The notes beneath the pieces are model-generated. The model had not been told where the DNA came from. It saw nothing but the letters and a program-made list of their open reading frames with translations, and searched no databases. From assembly GCA_020444505.1 (NCBI GenBank), contig JAHLKU010000001.1, positions 62,810 through 126,809 of the forward strand: a stretch of 64,000 nt of DNA, in the 5' to 3' direction. The DNA comes from Actinomycetota bacterium. GTDB lineage: Bacteria; Actinomycetota; Acidimicrobiia; Spongiisociales; UBA11373. Position numbers and translations under genes: made by a program. This document shows positions 9,507 through 17,300 of this stretch, piece by piece. Each line of letters begins with the position of its first letter. Position 1 is the stretch's first letter.

Positions 9507-10123
9507 TCGGCCGGCCCGTCGCCACCCCCGAACGCCCGGCGCACCCTGGCCCAGAAGCCGGGGGCGGCGCCGGCGGTGCCGGCGGCCCGGCCGTCCACCC
9601 TGCGCTGCCATGCGTCGCGCTCGCCCCGCATCTCCGACAGCCGCTCCCGCAGGAAGGCGGCCTCGGTCTCGGCCTTGGCGGCCCGCTCCCTCGCCTCGGC
9701 CAGCATCTGGCCGGCCTCGTGGAGGTTGCCCAACTGGTCCATCAGCTTGTCCCAGGCGTCGCGGGGGACCAGCATCGACGTCCCGTCGGCGGTGGGGCCG
9801 GGAGCGCCGTCGCGGCGGCCCTCCGGTGGCGCGGCGCGGCGGGGGGTGCGGCGCTCCGACAGGCGGGCCGCCACCGAGGGAGGGGTCACCATCCAGCGGC
9901 CGTCCTGCTTCACCGCGTCCACGGCCCCGGTGCGCGCCCACGAGGCCAGGGTGGACGGTGACACCCCGAACTGGTGGTGCGCCTCCCGCAGGGTCACCCG
10001 GCCGCCGGGAGGTTCGGCGGGTTCCGGGGCGCGTTCGGGGGTGGGCGGCGCCGCCGTGCGGCGCGGCAGGGGTGGGCGCCGGGGGCGGTCGTCCTGCCAG
10101 ATGAGTGCCGGGTCGTCGGCCAT
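9494..10123 (-). CDS. helix-turn-helix (MerR/excisionase-type) DNA-binding protein with a C-terminal coiled coil
   Basis: HTH segment VTLREAHHQFGVSPSTLASWARTGAVDAVKQDGRWMV and coiled coil LMDQLGNLHEAGQMLAEARERAAKAETEAAFLRERLSEM. It is divergent from the BMC operon. Confidence 0.65.
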   Translation of the reverse strand: MADDPALIWQDDRPRRPPLPRRTAAPPTPERAPEPAEPPGGRVTLREAHHQFGVSPSTLASWARTGAVDAVKQDGRWMVTPPSVAARLSERRTPRRAAPPEGRRDGAPGPTADGTSMLVPRDAWDKLMDQLGNLHEAGQMLAEARERAAKAETEAAFLRERLSEMRGERDAWQRRVDGRAAGTAGAAPGFWARVRRAFGGGDGPADQGV

Positions 10124-10199
10124 GTCCCTCGTTCCAGGTCGGTGATCAGCCTAGATCGCCCGTCCCGGCGACCGCCCTCCCCGGTCGGGGGCGGCGCCG

Positions 10200-10208
10200 T
10201 GGGATAAT
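10200..10208 (+). promoter_or_regulatory. extended -10 promoter element (TGgGATAAT) for the BMC operon, leaderless arrangement
   Basis: TGGGATAAT ends 6 nt before the GTG start at 10215. There is no SD in between. Confidence 0.4.
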
Positions 10209-10214
10209 CCCCGG

Positions 10215-10835
10215 GTGACGCCCCGCGCCCTGCCCACCGAAGAGGAGATCCGCGCCCTCGTGCGCAAGGTGGTGGCGTCGGTAGCCGCCGGTGCGCCGCC
10301 GGCGGAGGGCAGGGCCGCAGACGCTCCCGCCCCGGCGCCCGCCCCGCCCCCCGCTGCGGCGATGGGGACGATCGCCGTCGGCGCCGACCACGGCGGCTTC
10401 CGCCTCAAGGAGCGCCTGGCCTTCCGCCTCAAGGAGCAGGGCTGGGCGGTCGTGGACTGCGGCACCGACAGCACCGAGGCCGCCGACTACCCGGAGTTCG
10501 CCCGGGCCGTCGCCGAGCGCGTCGCCTCCGGCGAGGCCGACTGGGGCATCGTCGTGGACGGAGCCGGCATCGGGTCGTCGATGGCCGCCAACAAGGTGCC
10601 GGGGGTGCGGGCGGCGCTCTGCTACGACCTGTCGTCGGCGGCCAACAGCAGGGAGCACAACCATGCCAACGTGCTGACCCTCGGCGCAGGCCTGGTGGGG
10701 GAGGCCCTCGCCTGGCAGATCGTCCAGACCTGGCTGGGCACCCCGTGGGCCGAAGGGCGCCATGCCCGCCGGGTGGCGATGATCGACGACCTCGACCGGC
10801 GCTACCGTGACGGTTCCGCACGAGGACGGGAGTGA
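10215..10835 (+). CDS. RpiB/LacA/LacB-family sugar-phosphate isomerase with an N-terminal encapsulation-peptide-like extension (BMC cargo)
   Basis: Core IAVGADHGGF...GIVVDGAGIGSSMAANKVPGVRAAL...HNHANVLTLG matches RpiB. It is preceded by about 50 extra residues: the amphipathic helix EEEIRALVRKVVASV followed by an Ala/Pro linker. Confidence 0.85.
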   Translation: MTPRALPTEEEIRALVRKVVASVAAGAPPAEGRAADAPAPAPAPPPAAAMGTIAVGADHGGFRLKERLAFRLKEQGWAVVDCGTDSTEAADYPEFARAVAERVASGEADWGIVVDGAGIGSSMAANKVPGVRAALCYDLSSAANSREHNHANVLTLGAGLVGEALAWQIVQTWLGTPWAEGRHARRVAMIDDLDRRYRDGSARGRE

Positions 10836-11683
10836 TGGATCAGGACGCGATCGTCGAGGCGGTCACCCGCGAAGTGCTCGCGGCGCTGACCGGCGAGGCC
10901 TGGGACCACTACCTGGCGTGCATCGGCGACTGCGCCGCCCACTCCTCCGACCAGGTCCGCGACGTGGTCGCCGCCGGCGCCACCCGCATCTCGTTCAACG
11001 GGTCGGGCGCCGATGTGCCCACCGACCTGGCCGGGTACATCGACCACACCCTCCTCAAGGCCGATGCCTCCGCCAAGGACATCGACCGGATGTGCGATGA
11101 GGCCGTCACCTACAAGTTCGCATCGGTGTGCGTCAACCCGGCCTGGGTGCGCCGGGTGGCGGAGCACCTGCGCGGCAGCGACGTCATCGCCTGTTCCGTG
11201 GTGGGGTTCCCCCTCGGCGCCCACACCCCCGAGATCAAGGCCATGGAAGCGCGGCGCGCCCTGCGGGACGGCGCCAGGGAGATCGACATGGTGGTGAACA
11301 TCGGCGCCGTCAAGTCGGGCGACTGGGACACGGTCGAGCGCGACATCGCCGGGGTGGCCGACGCCTGCCGGGAGGCGGGTGCGGTGTGCAAGGTCATCAT
11401 CGAGGCGGCCATGCTGGACGACGACGAGAAGGTCGTCGTCAGCCGCCTCGCCCGCAAGGCCAAGGCGCACTACGTGAAGACGTCCACCGGGTTCGGGCCG
11501 GGCGGCGCCACGGTGTACGACGTGGCCCTGATGCGGGAGGCGGTCGGGCCCGACATGGGCGTGAAGGCGTCCGGCGGCATCAAGACCCGCAAGGACGCAC
11601 AGGACATGATCGCCGCCGGGGCCACCCGGATCGGGGCGTCGGCGGGCATCGAGATCGTCAGCGAAGCGGGAGGTACCGCGTGA
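10832..11683 (+). CDS. deoC: deoxyribose-phosphate aldolase (DERA) with an N-terminal extension (BMC cargo)
   Basis: IDHTLLK...[10 protein letters not shown]...GFPLGAH...EIDMVVNIG...CKVIIE...YVKTSTGF...GVKASGGI...RIGASAG. An N-terminal extension of about 65 aa begins with [19 protein letters not shown] 10832 (or ATG 10835) overlaps the previous stop. Confidence 0.9.
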   Translation: MMDQDAIVEAVTREVLAALTGEAWDHYLACIGDCAAHSSDQVRDVVAAGATRISFNGSGADVPTDLAGYIDHTLLKADASAKDIDRMCDEAVTYKFASVCVNPAWVRRVAEHLRGSDVIACSVVGFPLGAHTPEIKAMEARRALRDGAREIDMVVNIGAVKSGDWDTVERDIAGVADACREAGAVCKVIIEAAMLDDDEKVVVSRLARKAKAHYVKTSTGFGPGGATVYDVALMREAVGPDMGVKASGGIKTRKDAQDMIAAGATRIGASAGIEIVSEAGGTA

Positions 11684-12309
11684 GCAGCAACGTCGAACTG
11701 CGGGGCTATTCGTTCCTGGACAGCCTGCAGCCGCAGTACGCCGCCTACCTGGGCACGGTGGCGCGCGGGTTCCTGCCGCTGGCCGGCGAGGCCTCGCTGA
11801 TGGTGGAGATCTCCCCGGGCATCGAGATCAACCGCCTCACCGACGTGGCCCTGAAGAGCACCACGGTCAAGCCCGGCATGCAGATCGTCGAGCGCTACTT
11901 CGGCCTGCTCGAGGTGCACTCCCCGAGCCAGGCGGAGACCCGGGCGGCGGGGGCGGCGATCCTCGATGCGGTCGGCCTCTCCGAGGACGACCGCATCAGG
12001 CCCCGCATCGCCAGCAGCCAGATCATCCGGCGCATCGACGACCATCAGGCACAGCTGATCAACCGCATGCGCTACGGCCACATGCTCATCCCCGGCCAGA
12101 CCCTCTACGTGCTGGAGATGGAGCCGGCGTCCTACGCCGCGCTGGCGGCCAACGAGGCCGAGAAGGCCGCAGAGATCAACGTCCTCGAAGTCCGCTCCTT
12201 CGGCTCGCTGGGCCGGGTGTACCTCGGAGGTGAGGAGCGGGACATCGACGTGGGCTGGAGAGCGGCGGTCGCCGCGCTGGAGGGGCTCTCCGGCAGGGAG
12301 ATGAAGTAG
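11680..12309 (+). CDS. BMC shell protein, tandem-domain (BMC-T)
   Basis: 209 aa with two BMC-like repeats ([22 protein letters not shown]... and [29 protein letters not shown]...). GTG 11680 overlaps the deoC TGA and is preceded by GGGAGG. Confidence 0.75.
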   Translation: MSSNVELRGYSFLDSLQPQYAAYLGTVARGFLPLAGEASLMVEISPGIEINRLTDVALKSTTVKPGMQIVERYFGLLEVHSPSQAETRAAGAAILDAVGLSEDDRIRPRIASSQIIRRIDDHQAQLINRMRYGHMLIPGQTLYVLEMEPASYAALAANEAEKAAEINVLEVRSFGSLGRVYLGGEERDIDVGWRAAVAALEGLSGREMK

Positions 12310-12340
12310 GTTCCCCGAAAGGCAAGGAGACGAGGAGCAG

Positions 12341-12646
12341 ATGGCTGAAGCATTGGGCATGATCGAATGCCGAGGGTTCCCGGCGATGGTCGAGGCGGCC
12401 GACGCCATGGTGAAGGCCGCCAAGGTCGAGCTGGTGTCGATGGAGAAGACCGGCGGCGGGTACGTCACCGCCGTGGTCCGCGGTGACGTGGCCGCGGTGA
12501 AGGCAGCCGTCGACGCCGGCACCCGCGGTGCCGAGAAGGTCGGCGAGGTCATCGCGACCCACGTGATCGCGCGCCCGCACGTCAACATCGACCAGGTGCT
12601 GCCCCTCGGCAGGGCCGAGGAGGCCGCGGCCGAGCAGAGCGGGTAG
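12341..12646 (+). CDS. BMC shell protein, hexamer-forming (BMC-H, PduA/EutM/CcmK-like)
   Basis: [60 protein letters not shown] is a canonical Pfam00936-type sequence. Confidence 0.95.
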   Translation: MAEALGMIECRGFPAMVEAADAMVKAAKVELVSMEKTGGGYVTAVVRGDVAAVKAAVDAGTRGAEKVGEVIATHVIARPHVNIDQVLPLGRAEEAAAEQSG

Positions 12647-12652
12647 CCCGCC

Positions 12653-12940
12653 ATGCTGCTCGGCAGAGTCGCCGGCACGCTGGTGGCGAGCCGCAAGGAG
12701 GAGACCCTCGAGGGCCTCAAGTTCCTGGTGCTCAAGCAGGTCGACGTCGACGGCGGAGACACCGGCGGCTACGTGGTGGCCGCCGACGCCGTCGGCGCCG
12801 GCCTGGGCGAGGTGGTGCTCTACGCCACCGGTTCCAGCGCGAGGCAGACCCGCTACACGCACGAACGTCCCTGTGACGCGGTGGTGATGGCCATCGTGGA
12901 CACCTGGGAGGTCGGCGGCGAGGAGAAGTACCGGAAGTGA
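12653..12940 (+). CDS. BMC vertex protein (BMC-P, EutN/CcmL/PduN-like), copy 1
   Basis: [31 protein letters not shown]...[16 protein letters not shown]...AVVMAIVD. Confidence 0.9.
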   Translation: MLLGRVAGTLVASRKEETLEGLKFLVLKQVDVDGGDTGGYVVAADAVGAGLGEVVLYATGSSARQTRYTHERPCDAVVMAIVDTWEVGGEEKYRK

Positions 12941-12943
12941 GCG

Positions 12944-14398
12944 ATGGCTGAGCCGTTCTCCCCGGAGGAGGTCCACGAGATCATCGCCCGGGTCCGGCGC
13001 CGCCTCGGCGGCACCGACACCGAGGCCCCCGCCAAGCCGCGCGTCCCGGCGGAGATCCCCGAGACGCAGCTGGGGGAGGGCATCTACGCCACCATCGACG
13101 AGGCGGTTCGCGCCGCGGGTCGGGCGTTCGATGCGTACCAGGCGCTCGGCCCCGACGGCCGGGAGGCGGTGGTCGCCTCGATCCGCAGGACGATGCTGGA
13201 GCACGCCCCCCGGCTCGCCAAGATCGCGGTCGAGGAGACCGGCCTGGGCCGGGAGGAGGACAAGCTCCGCAAGATCCTCCTCGTCACCAACCGCACTCCC
13301 GGCCCCGAGGACCTCGACCCGATCATCGAGACGGGCGAGCACGGCATGATGCTCACCGAGATGGCCCCGATGGGGCTGGTGGCGGCGATCACCCCCACCA
13401 CCAACCCGGTGTCCACCATCGTCAACAACTCGATCGCCATCCTGTCGGGCGGCAACGCCGCCGTCCTCAACGTCCACCCCAACGCCAAGCGCGTGTCGGC
13501 GGAGAACGTCCGGCTCATCAACCGCGCCGTCATCGCAGGGGGAGGCCCCCCCGACCTGGTGACGGCCATCCCCGAGCCCACCATCGAGAGCGCCCAGGAA
13601 CTGATGCACCACCCGGCGATCCGGGTGCTGCTCGTCACCGGCGGCGGCGGGGTGGTGCGCGAGGCGCTGAAGACCGACAAACGGGCGGTGGCGGCGGGGC
13701 CGGGGAACCCTCCCGCCGTCGTCGACGAGACGGCCAACATCGAGGCGGCCGCCAGGGACATCGTGGCCGGGGCGTCGTTCGACAACAACATCATCTGCAT
13801 CGACGAGAAGACCGTCATCGCGGTCCGCGGCATCGCCGACGAGTTGATCCGCTCCATGGGGCGGCACGGCGCCCGGGTGCTCAAGGAGCACGAGTTGAAG
13901 AAGGTCGAGCGGGTGATCTTCTCGTCGATGGGCCCGCCGTCGAAGCCGGGCATCATCAACCCGGCGTGGATCGGCAAGGACGCCGCCGTGATCGCCCAGG
14001 CCGCCGGGGTCGAGGTGGACGGCGACCCCCGGGTGCTGCTGGCGGAGGTGCCGGCCGAGCACAACCTGGTGTGGACCGAGCAGATGATGCCGGTCCTCCC
14101 CCTGGTGCGGGTGCCGGATGTGGACGCCGCCATCGACCTGGCGGTGGAGAGCGAGCACCGCTTCCGCCACACCGCTTCGATCCACAGCACCAACGTGCAG
14201 ACGATCACCCGCATGGCCCGCACCATCAACGTGAGCATCTTCATCGCCAACGGTCCCAACTACGCCGGGCTGGGCGAGGGCGGCGAAGGCTTCACATCGT
14301 TCTCCATCGCCAGCCCCACCGGAGACGGCCTCACCCGGCCGCTCACCTTCACCCGGGAGCGGCGGATCGCCGTCGTCGGGGCCCTGAGGATCGTCTGA
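12944..14398 (+). CDS. CoA-acylating aldehyde dehydrogenase (PduP/EutE family) with an N-terminal encapsulation-peptide-like helix
   Basis: [15 protein letters not shown], the catalytic-Cys context [12 protein letters not shown], and a C-terminal [10 protein letters not shown]. The N-terminus [15 protein letters not shown] is followed by a Pro-rich linker. Confidence 0.9.
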   Translation: MAEPFSPEEVHEIIARVRRRLGGTDTEAPAKPRVPAEIPETQLGEGIYATIDEAVRAAGRAFDAYQALGPDGREAVVASIRRTMLEHAPRLAKIAVEETGLGREEDKLRKILLVTNRTPGPEDLDPIIETGEHGMMLTEMAPMGLVAAITPTTNPVSTIVNNSIAILSGGNAAVLNVHPNAKRVSAENVRLINRAVIAGGGPPDLVTAIPEPTIESAQELMHHPAIRVLLVTGGGGVVREALKTDKRAVAAGPGNPPAVVDETANIEAAARDIVAGASFDNNIICIDEKTVIAVRGIADELIRSMGRHGARVLKEHELKKVERVIFSSMGPPSKPGIINPAWIGKDAAVIAQAAGVEVDGDPRVLLAEVPAEHNLVWTEQMMPVLPLVRVPDVDAAIDLAVESEHRFRHTASIHSTNVQTITRMARTINVSIFIANGPNYAGLGEGGEGFTSFSIASPTGDGLTRPLTFTRERRIAVVGALRIV

Positions 14399-14399
14399 G

Positions 14400-15005
14400 G
14401 TGGCCCGCCACCCCGCCATCGCCCTCCTGGAGTTCGGGTCGGTCACCGCCGGGATCGTCGCCGGCGACGCCATGGTGAAGCGGGCACCGGTGGCGCTCCA
14501 CAGCGGCACCGTCCAGCCCGGCCACTACCTGGTGCTGATCGCCGGTGAGGTCGGCGACGTCGAGGAGGCCGTGGACGCAGGCACCACGGCGTCCGGCGAC
14601 GTGCTGCTCGACCTGGTGCTGCTCTCCGACGTGCACCCCGACGTGGTGGCGGCGCTGCGCGGCGCCAGGCTGCCGGGGCCGGCGGAGGCGCTCGGCATCA
14701 TCGAGACCCAGACGGTGGCCTCCATCCTGGAGGCGGCCGACGCCGGGGTGAAGGGCGCCGCAGCCGATCTGCTGGAGGTGCACCTGGCCGACGGCCTCGG
14801 CGGGCGCGGCTACCTGCTGTTCGGGGGCACGGTGTCCGACGTGGAGGCGGCGGTGGACATCGGTTCGGCACGGGCCCACGAGGGGACGCTGGTGCGCCGC
14901 GCCGTCATCTCGCGACTGCACGACGAGATGCGCGCCGACCTCGACGCCCACCCCCGGTTCGGTCCGTCGGTCGGCAGGGGAGGGGGCGGCGATGCGGCTG
15001 GCTGA
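14400..15005 (+). CDS. BMC shell protein, tandem-domain (BMC-T, PduT-like fusion of two BMC domains)
   Basis: Two repeats: [25 protein letters not shown]... and [30 protein letters not shown].... GTG start lies 1 nt after the aldehyde dehydrogenase stop. Confidence 0.85.
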   Translation: MARHPAIALLEFGSVTAGIVAGDAMVKRAPVALHSGTVQPGHYLVLIAGEVGDVEEAVDAGTTASGDVLLDLVLLSDVHPDVVAALRGARLPGPAEALGIIETQTVASILEAADAGVKGAAADLLEVHLADGLGGRGYLLFGGTVSDVEAAVDIGSARAHEGTLVRRAVISRLHDEMRADLDAHPRFGPSVGRGGGGDAAG

Positions 15006-15261
15006 GGTCACCGGCACCGTGGTCGCCACGATCAAGTACGAGGGGCTGGAGGGGGTCAAGTTCCTGGTGGTCCAGCCGCTGGACCGCGACCTCAAGCCCA
15101 AGGGGCGCCAGGTGGTGGCCGCCGACGCGGTCGCCATGGCCGGCCCCGGCGAACTGGTGTACGTGGTGGAGTCCCGCGAGGCCGCGCTGGCGTGCCCGGT
15201 GCCGTTCGTGCCCGTGGACCACGCCATCGTCGGCATCGTGGACCAGGTGGAGCGGTCGTGA
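14992..15261 (+). CDS. BMC vertex protein (BMC-P), copy 2
   Basis: [31 protein letters not shown]...VVAADAVAMAGPGELV...AIVGIVD. A G-rich SD lies upstream and the gene overlaps the BMC-T 3' end by 14 nt. Confidence 0.9.
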   Translation: MRLAEVTGTVVATIKYEGLEGVKFLVVQPLDRDLKPKGRQVVAADAVAMAGPGELVYVVESREAALACPVPFVPVDHAIVGIVDQVERS

Positions 15262-15554
15262 AGTTCGGGCGCGTCTCCGGCACGGTGGTCAGCACGATCA
15301 ACCACCCGCTGTACGACCACCGGCGCCTGCTGATGTGCGACCTGTTGGATGCCGACGGCAACGACACCGGCGACTACCTCATCTGCGTCGACACCGTGCA
15401 GGCGGGGCCGGGAGAGGCGGTGCTGATCCTGGACGAGGGCAACGGGGCCAGGCAGGTGCTGGCCTGGAAGGACGGGCCCATCCGGTCGGTGATCGTGGGC
15501 ATCGTCGACGAGATGGTCGTGGACGGCGTCGTGCACGACGTCACGCCCGGGTAG
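15258..15554 (+). CDS. BMC vertex protein (BMC-P), copy 3
   Basis: VKFGRVSGTVVSTINHPLYDHRRLLMCDLLD...ICVDTVQAGPGEAVLI...SVIVGIVD. GTG 15258 overlaps the previous TGA (GTGA). Confidence 0.85.
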   Translation: MKFGRVSGTVVSTINHPLYDHRRLLMCDLLDADGNDTGDYLICVDTVQAGPGEAVLILDEGNGARQVLAWKDGPIRSVIVGIVDEMVVDGVVHDVTPG

Positions 15555-15575
15555 GGTCCGCGCCGGAGGTCACCC

Positions 15576-15938
15576 ATGCGCAGGAGGATCACCGCCGTGC
15601 TCGCCGCCGTGGCGCTCGCCGCCTGCGGCGGCGGCGCAGAGCAGGGCCGCCCCGACCCCGCCGGCCTCGGTTCCTGCGACGCGGTGGCCGAGGCGGTCGT
15701 TGCGGTCATCCAGGAGAACATCGTGCTCGTGGACGACGCCGCCGATGCGCTCACCGAGCCCGACCCGGCCGTCGTGGCCGACCTGGAGCAGGCAGGCGCG
15801 GCCCTGGAGGCCAGGGCCGCCGAACTGGGGTGCACCGACGACGAGATGACGGCGGCGATCGCCGCCAGGGCCGGCGGCCTCGAGGCTCGCAGCGTCTACG
15901 GGCAGCTGATCATCGAGGGCCTGCTGGGAGACGGCTGA
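15576..15938 (+). CDS. small lipoprotein, unknown function
   Basis: Signal peptide plus lipobox ALAAC, followed by an acidic helical domain with 2 Cys. It lies 21 nt after the last BMC-P gene. It resembles the ORF at 17301..17705. Confidence 0.55.
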   Translation: MRRRITAVLAAVALAACGGGAEQGRPDPAGLGSCDAVAEAVVAVIQENIVLVDDAADALTEPDPAVVADLEQAGAALEARAAELGCTDDEMTAAIAARAGGLEARSVYGQLIIEGLLGDG

Positions 15939-15952
15939 GGGCCCGCTCCCGC

Positions 15953-16336
15953 TCAGCCGCCCGGAGCCTCCCGCGGCCCCGCGCCGCGGTACACGTGGAC
16001 GGTCACCGGCTGCGTGGTGATGAGCCCGTCGCCGACCATCTCGTCGAGCACCGGGAGGATGGCCGCCACCTTGTCGGCACGCGAGACGCACTCGATGACG
16101 ATGGGGAGGTCCTCGGAGAGCCGCAGCACCGACGAGGTGTGCAGACGGCTGGACCGGCCGAACCCCTCGATGCCCTTCAGCACCGTGGCGCCCGACAGGT
16201 TGCTGGCCCGCAGCGTCTCGACGATGGCGTGGTGGAGCGGCCGCCCCTCGTGGCGGTCGTCCTCGCCGACGAAGATCCGCAGCAGCACGCCCTCCTCAGG
16301 GGCGCCTGCGGGGGAGGGACGGGGGTCGGGTTCCAT
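15953..16336 (-). CDS. DUF190 (PII-like) protein associated with CrcB
   Basis: LLRIFVGEDDRHEGRPLHHAIVETLRASNLSGATVLKGIEGFG...LPIVIECV. It is the last gene of the riboswitch-crcB-crcB operon. Confidence 0.8.
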   Translation of the reverse strand: MEPDPRPSPAGAPEEGVLLRIFVGEDDRHEGRPLHHAIVETLRASNLSGATVLKGIEGFGRSSRLHTSSVLRLSEDLPIVIECVSRADKVAAILPVLDEMVGDGLITTQPVTVHVYRGAGPREAPGG

Positions 16337-16357
16337 GGTGTGCCTCCTGCTCGGTCC

Positions 16358-16708
16358 TCAGTGTGCCAGGGCGTACCCGAGGGCGGCGAGGGCGATGCCG
16401 GCCGCCGGCATCCCGGCCAGGTTGAGTGCGGCCCGCAGCCACTCCCCCGACCGGGCCATCGCAAGGGTCTCGGCGCTCCAGGTGGAGAAGGTGGTGAACC
16501 CGGCGAGGAGGCCGACCAGCGCGGCGTTGACGGCCGTGCCTGGCTCCGTGGCGCCCAGGGCCACCCCGGCGGCGAGGCTGCCCGCCAGGTTGACGGCCAT
16601 CGTGCCGGTGGGGAAGTGCCCGCGGCCCGCCGCCTGGGCGAGGCCGGCCGCCCAGTAGCGGCCCGCCGCCCCGATGCTTCCGGCCACGATCGCCACCAGC
16701 GCCGTCAT
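16358..16708 (-). CDS. crcB: fluoride ion channel CrcB/FluC, subunit 2
   Basis: 116 aa with 4 TM helices and GFTTFSTWS. ATG 16706-16708 overlaps the upstream crcB stop. Confidence 0.9.
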   Translation of the reverse strand: MTALVAIVAGSIGAAGRYWAAGLAQAAGRGHFPTGTMAVNLAGSLAAGVALGATEPGTAVNAALVGLLAGFTTFSTWSAETLAMARSGEWLRAALNLAGMPAAGIALAALGYALAH

Positions 16709-17106
16709 GCCCCGGCCCCCACCCGGTGGCCGGCTCCCGCTGCGGCCACGCCGGCCACGGCCGACGCCACGGCGTAGGCGGCCGCCACCGCAGCCCTCCC
16801 CGCCTCCACCAGCGTCACCGTCTCCACGCTCAGCGCCGAGAAGGTGGTGAGCGACCCCAGCACGCCGATGGCCCAGAAGTCGAGCGACCACCACGGGGAG
16901 CCCGACCGGGCGTGGCGCGCCAGGAACCAGCCGATGGCGGCGGCTCCGGTCAGGTTGACCGCCAGCGACGACAGCGGCCAACCGCCCGGCTCCCAGCCGA
17001 GGGCGGCTGCGGCGCCGACGCGCGCCGCAGAGCCGGCGGCTCCTCCGGCGAGCACGACGAGCAGACGCTGCATGGGTGGTCGGCCGCCCTGAGCGGGTCG
17101 CGGCAC
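16705..17106 (-). CDS. crcB: fluoride ion channel CrcB/FluC, subunit 1
   Basis: GSLTTFSALS motif and 4 TM helices. GTG 17104-17106 follows AGGAGG. An alternative ATG lies at 17071-17073. The tracked start 17133 lies inside the riboswitch and is rejected. Confidence 0.85.
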   Translation of the reverse strand: MPRPAQGGRPPMQRLLVVLAGGAAGSAARVGAAAALGWEPGGWPLSSLAVNLTGAAAIGWFLARHARSGSPWWSLDFWAIGVLGSLTTFSALSVETVTLVEAGRAAVAAAYAVASAVAGVAAAGAGHRVGAGA

Positions 17107-17117
17107 GGCTCCTCCTC

Positions 17118-17172
17118 GTTCCGTAGGAGCCATCAGCCGGCGCGGCGGTTGCGGCGAGCCCCATCGCCGTGA
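17118..17172 (-). promoter_or_regulatory. fluoride riboswitch (crcB RNA motif)
   Basis: The reverse complement of 17121-17168 reads GGCGAUGGGGCUCGCCGCAACCGCCGCGCCGGCUGAUGGCUCCUACGG. It has the conserved GGCGAUG, GCC, AAC, CUGAUG and CUCCUAC blocks in the right order and lies directly upstream of crcB. Confidence 0.85.
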
Positions 17173-17300
17173 GGCGCCCGCACCTGCCCGCGAGGGGTGG
17201 GGCGGTGCCGGGCCGGGGACCGGCCGGGGCGCGCTCGGGCCGGATCGTACTGCGACGGGGCCGGCCGACCGCCATCCCGGGCGGCGCTAACCTCGCCGTG

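Noticed and set aside
7836-9941. 701-aa extended form of the ABC ATPase, and likewise the extended forms 6036..7415, 16358..17497, 19115..21187, 24830..26074, 37770..39257, 55523..56887 and 57939..61376
   Set aside because: The N-terminal extensions are compositional artefacts that overlap other well-supported genes. Internal starts with an SD, a -10 box or a 4-nt overlap give canonical protein lengths.
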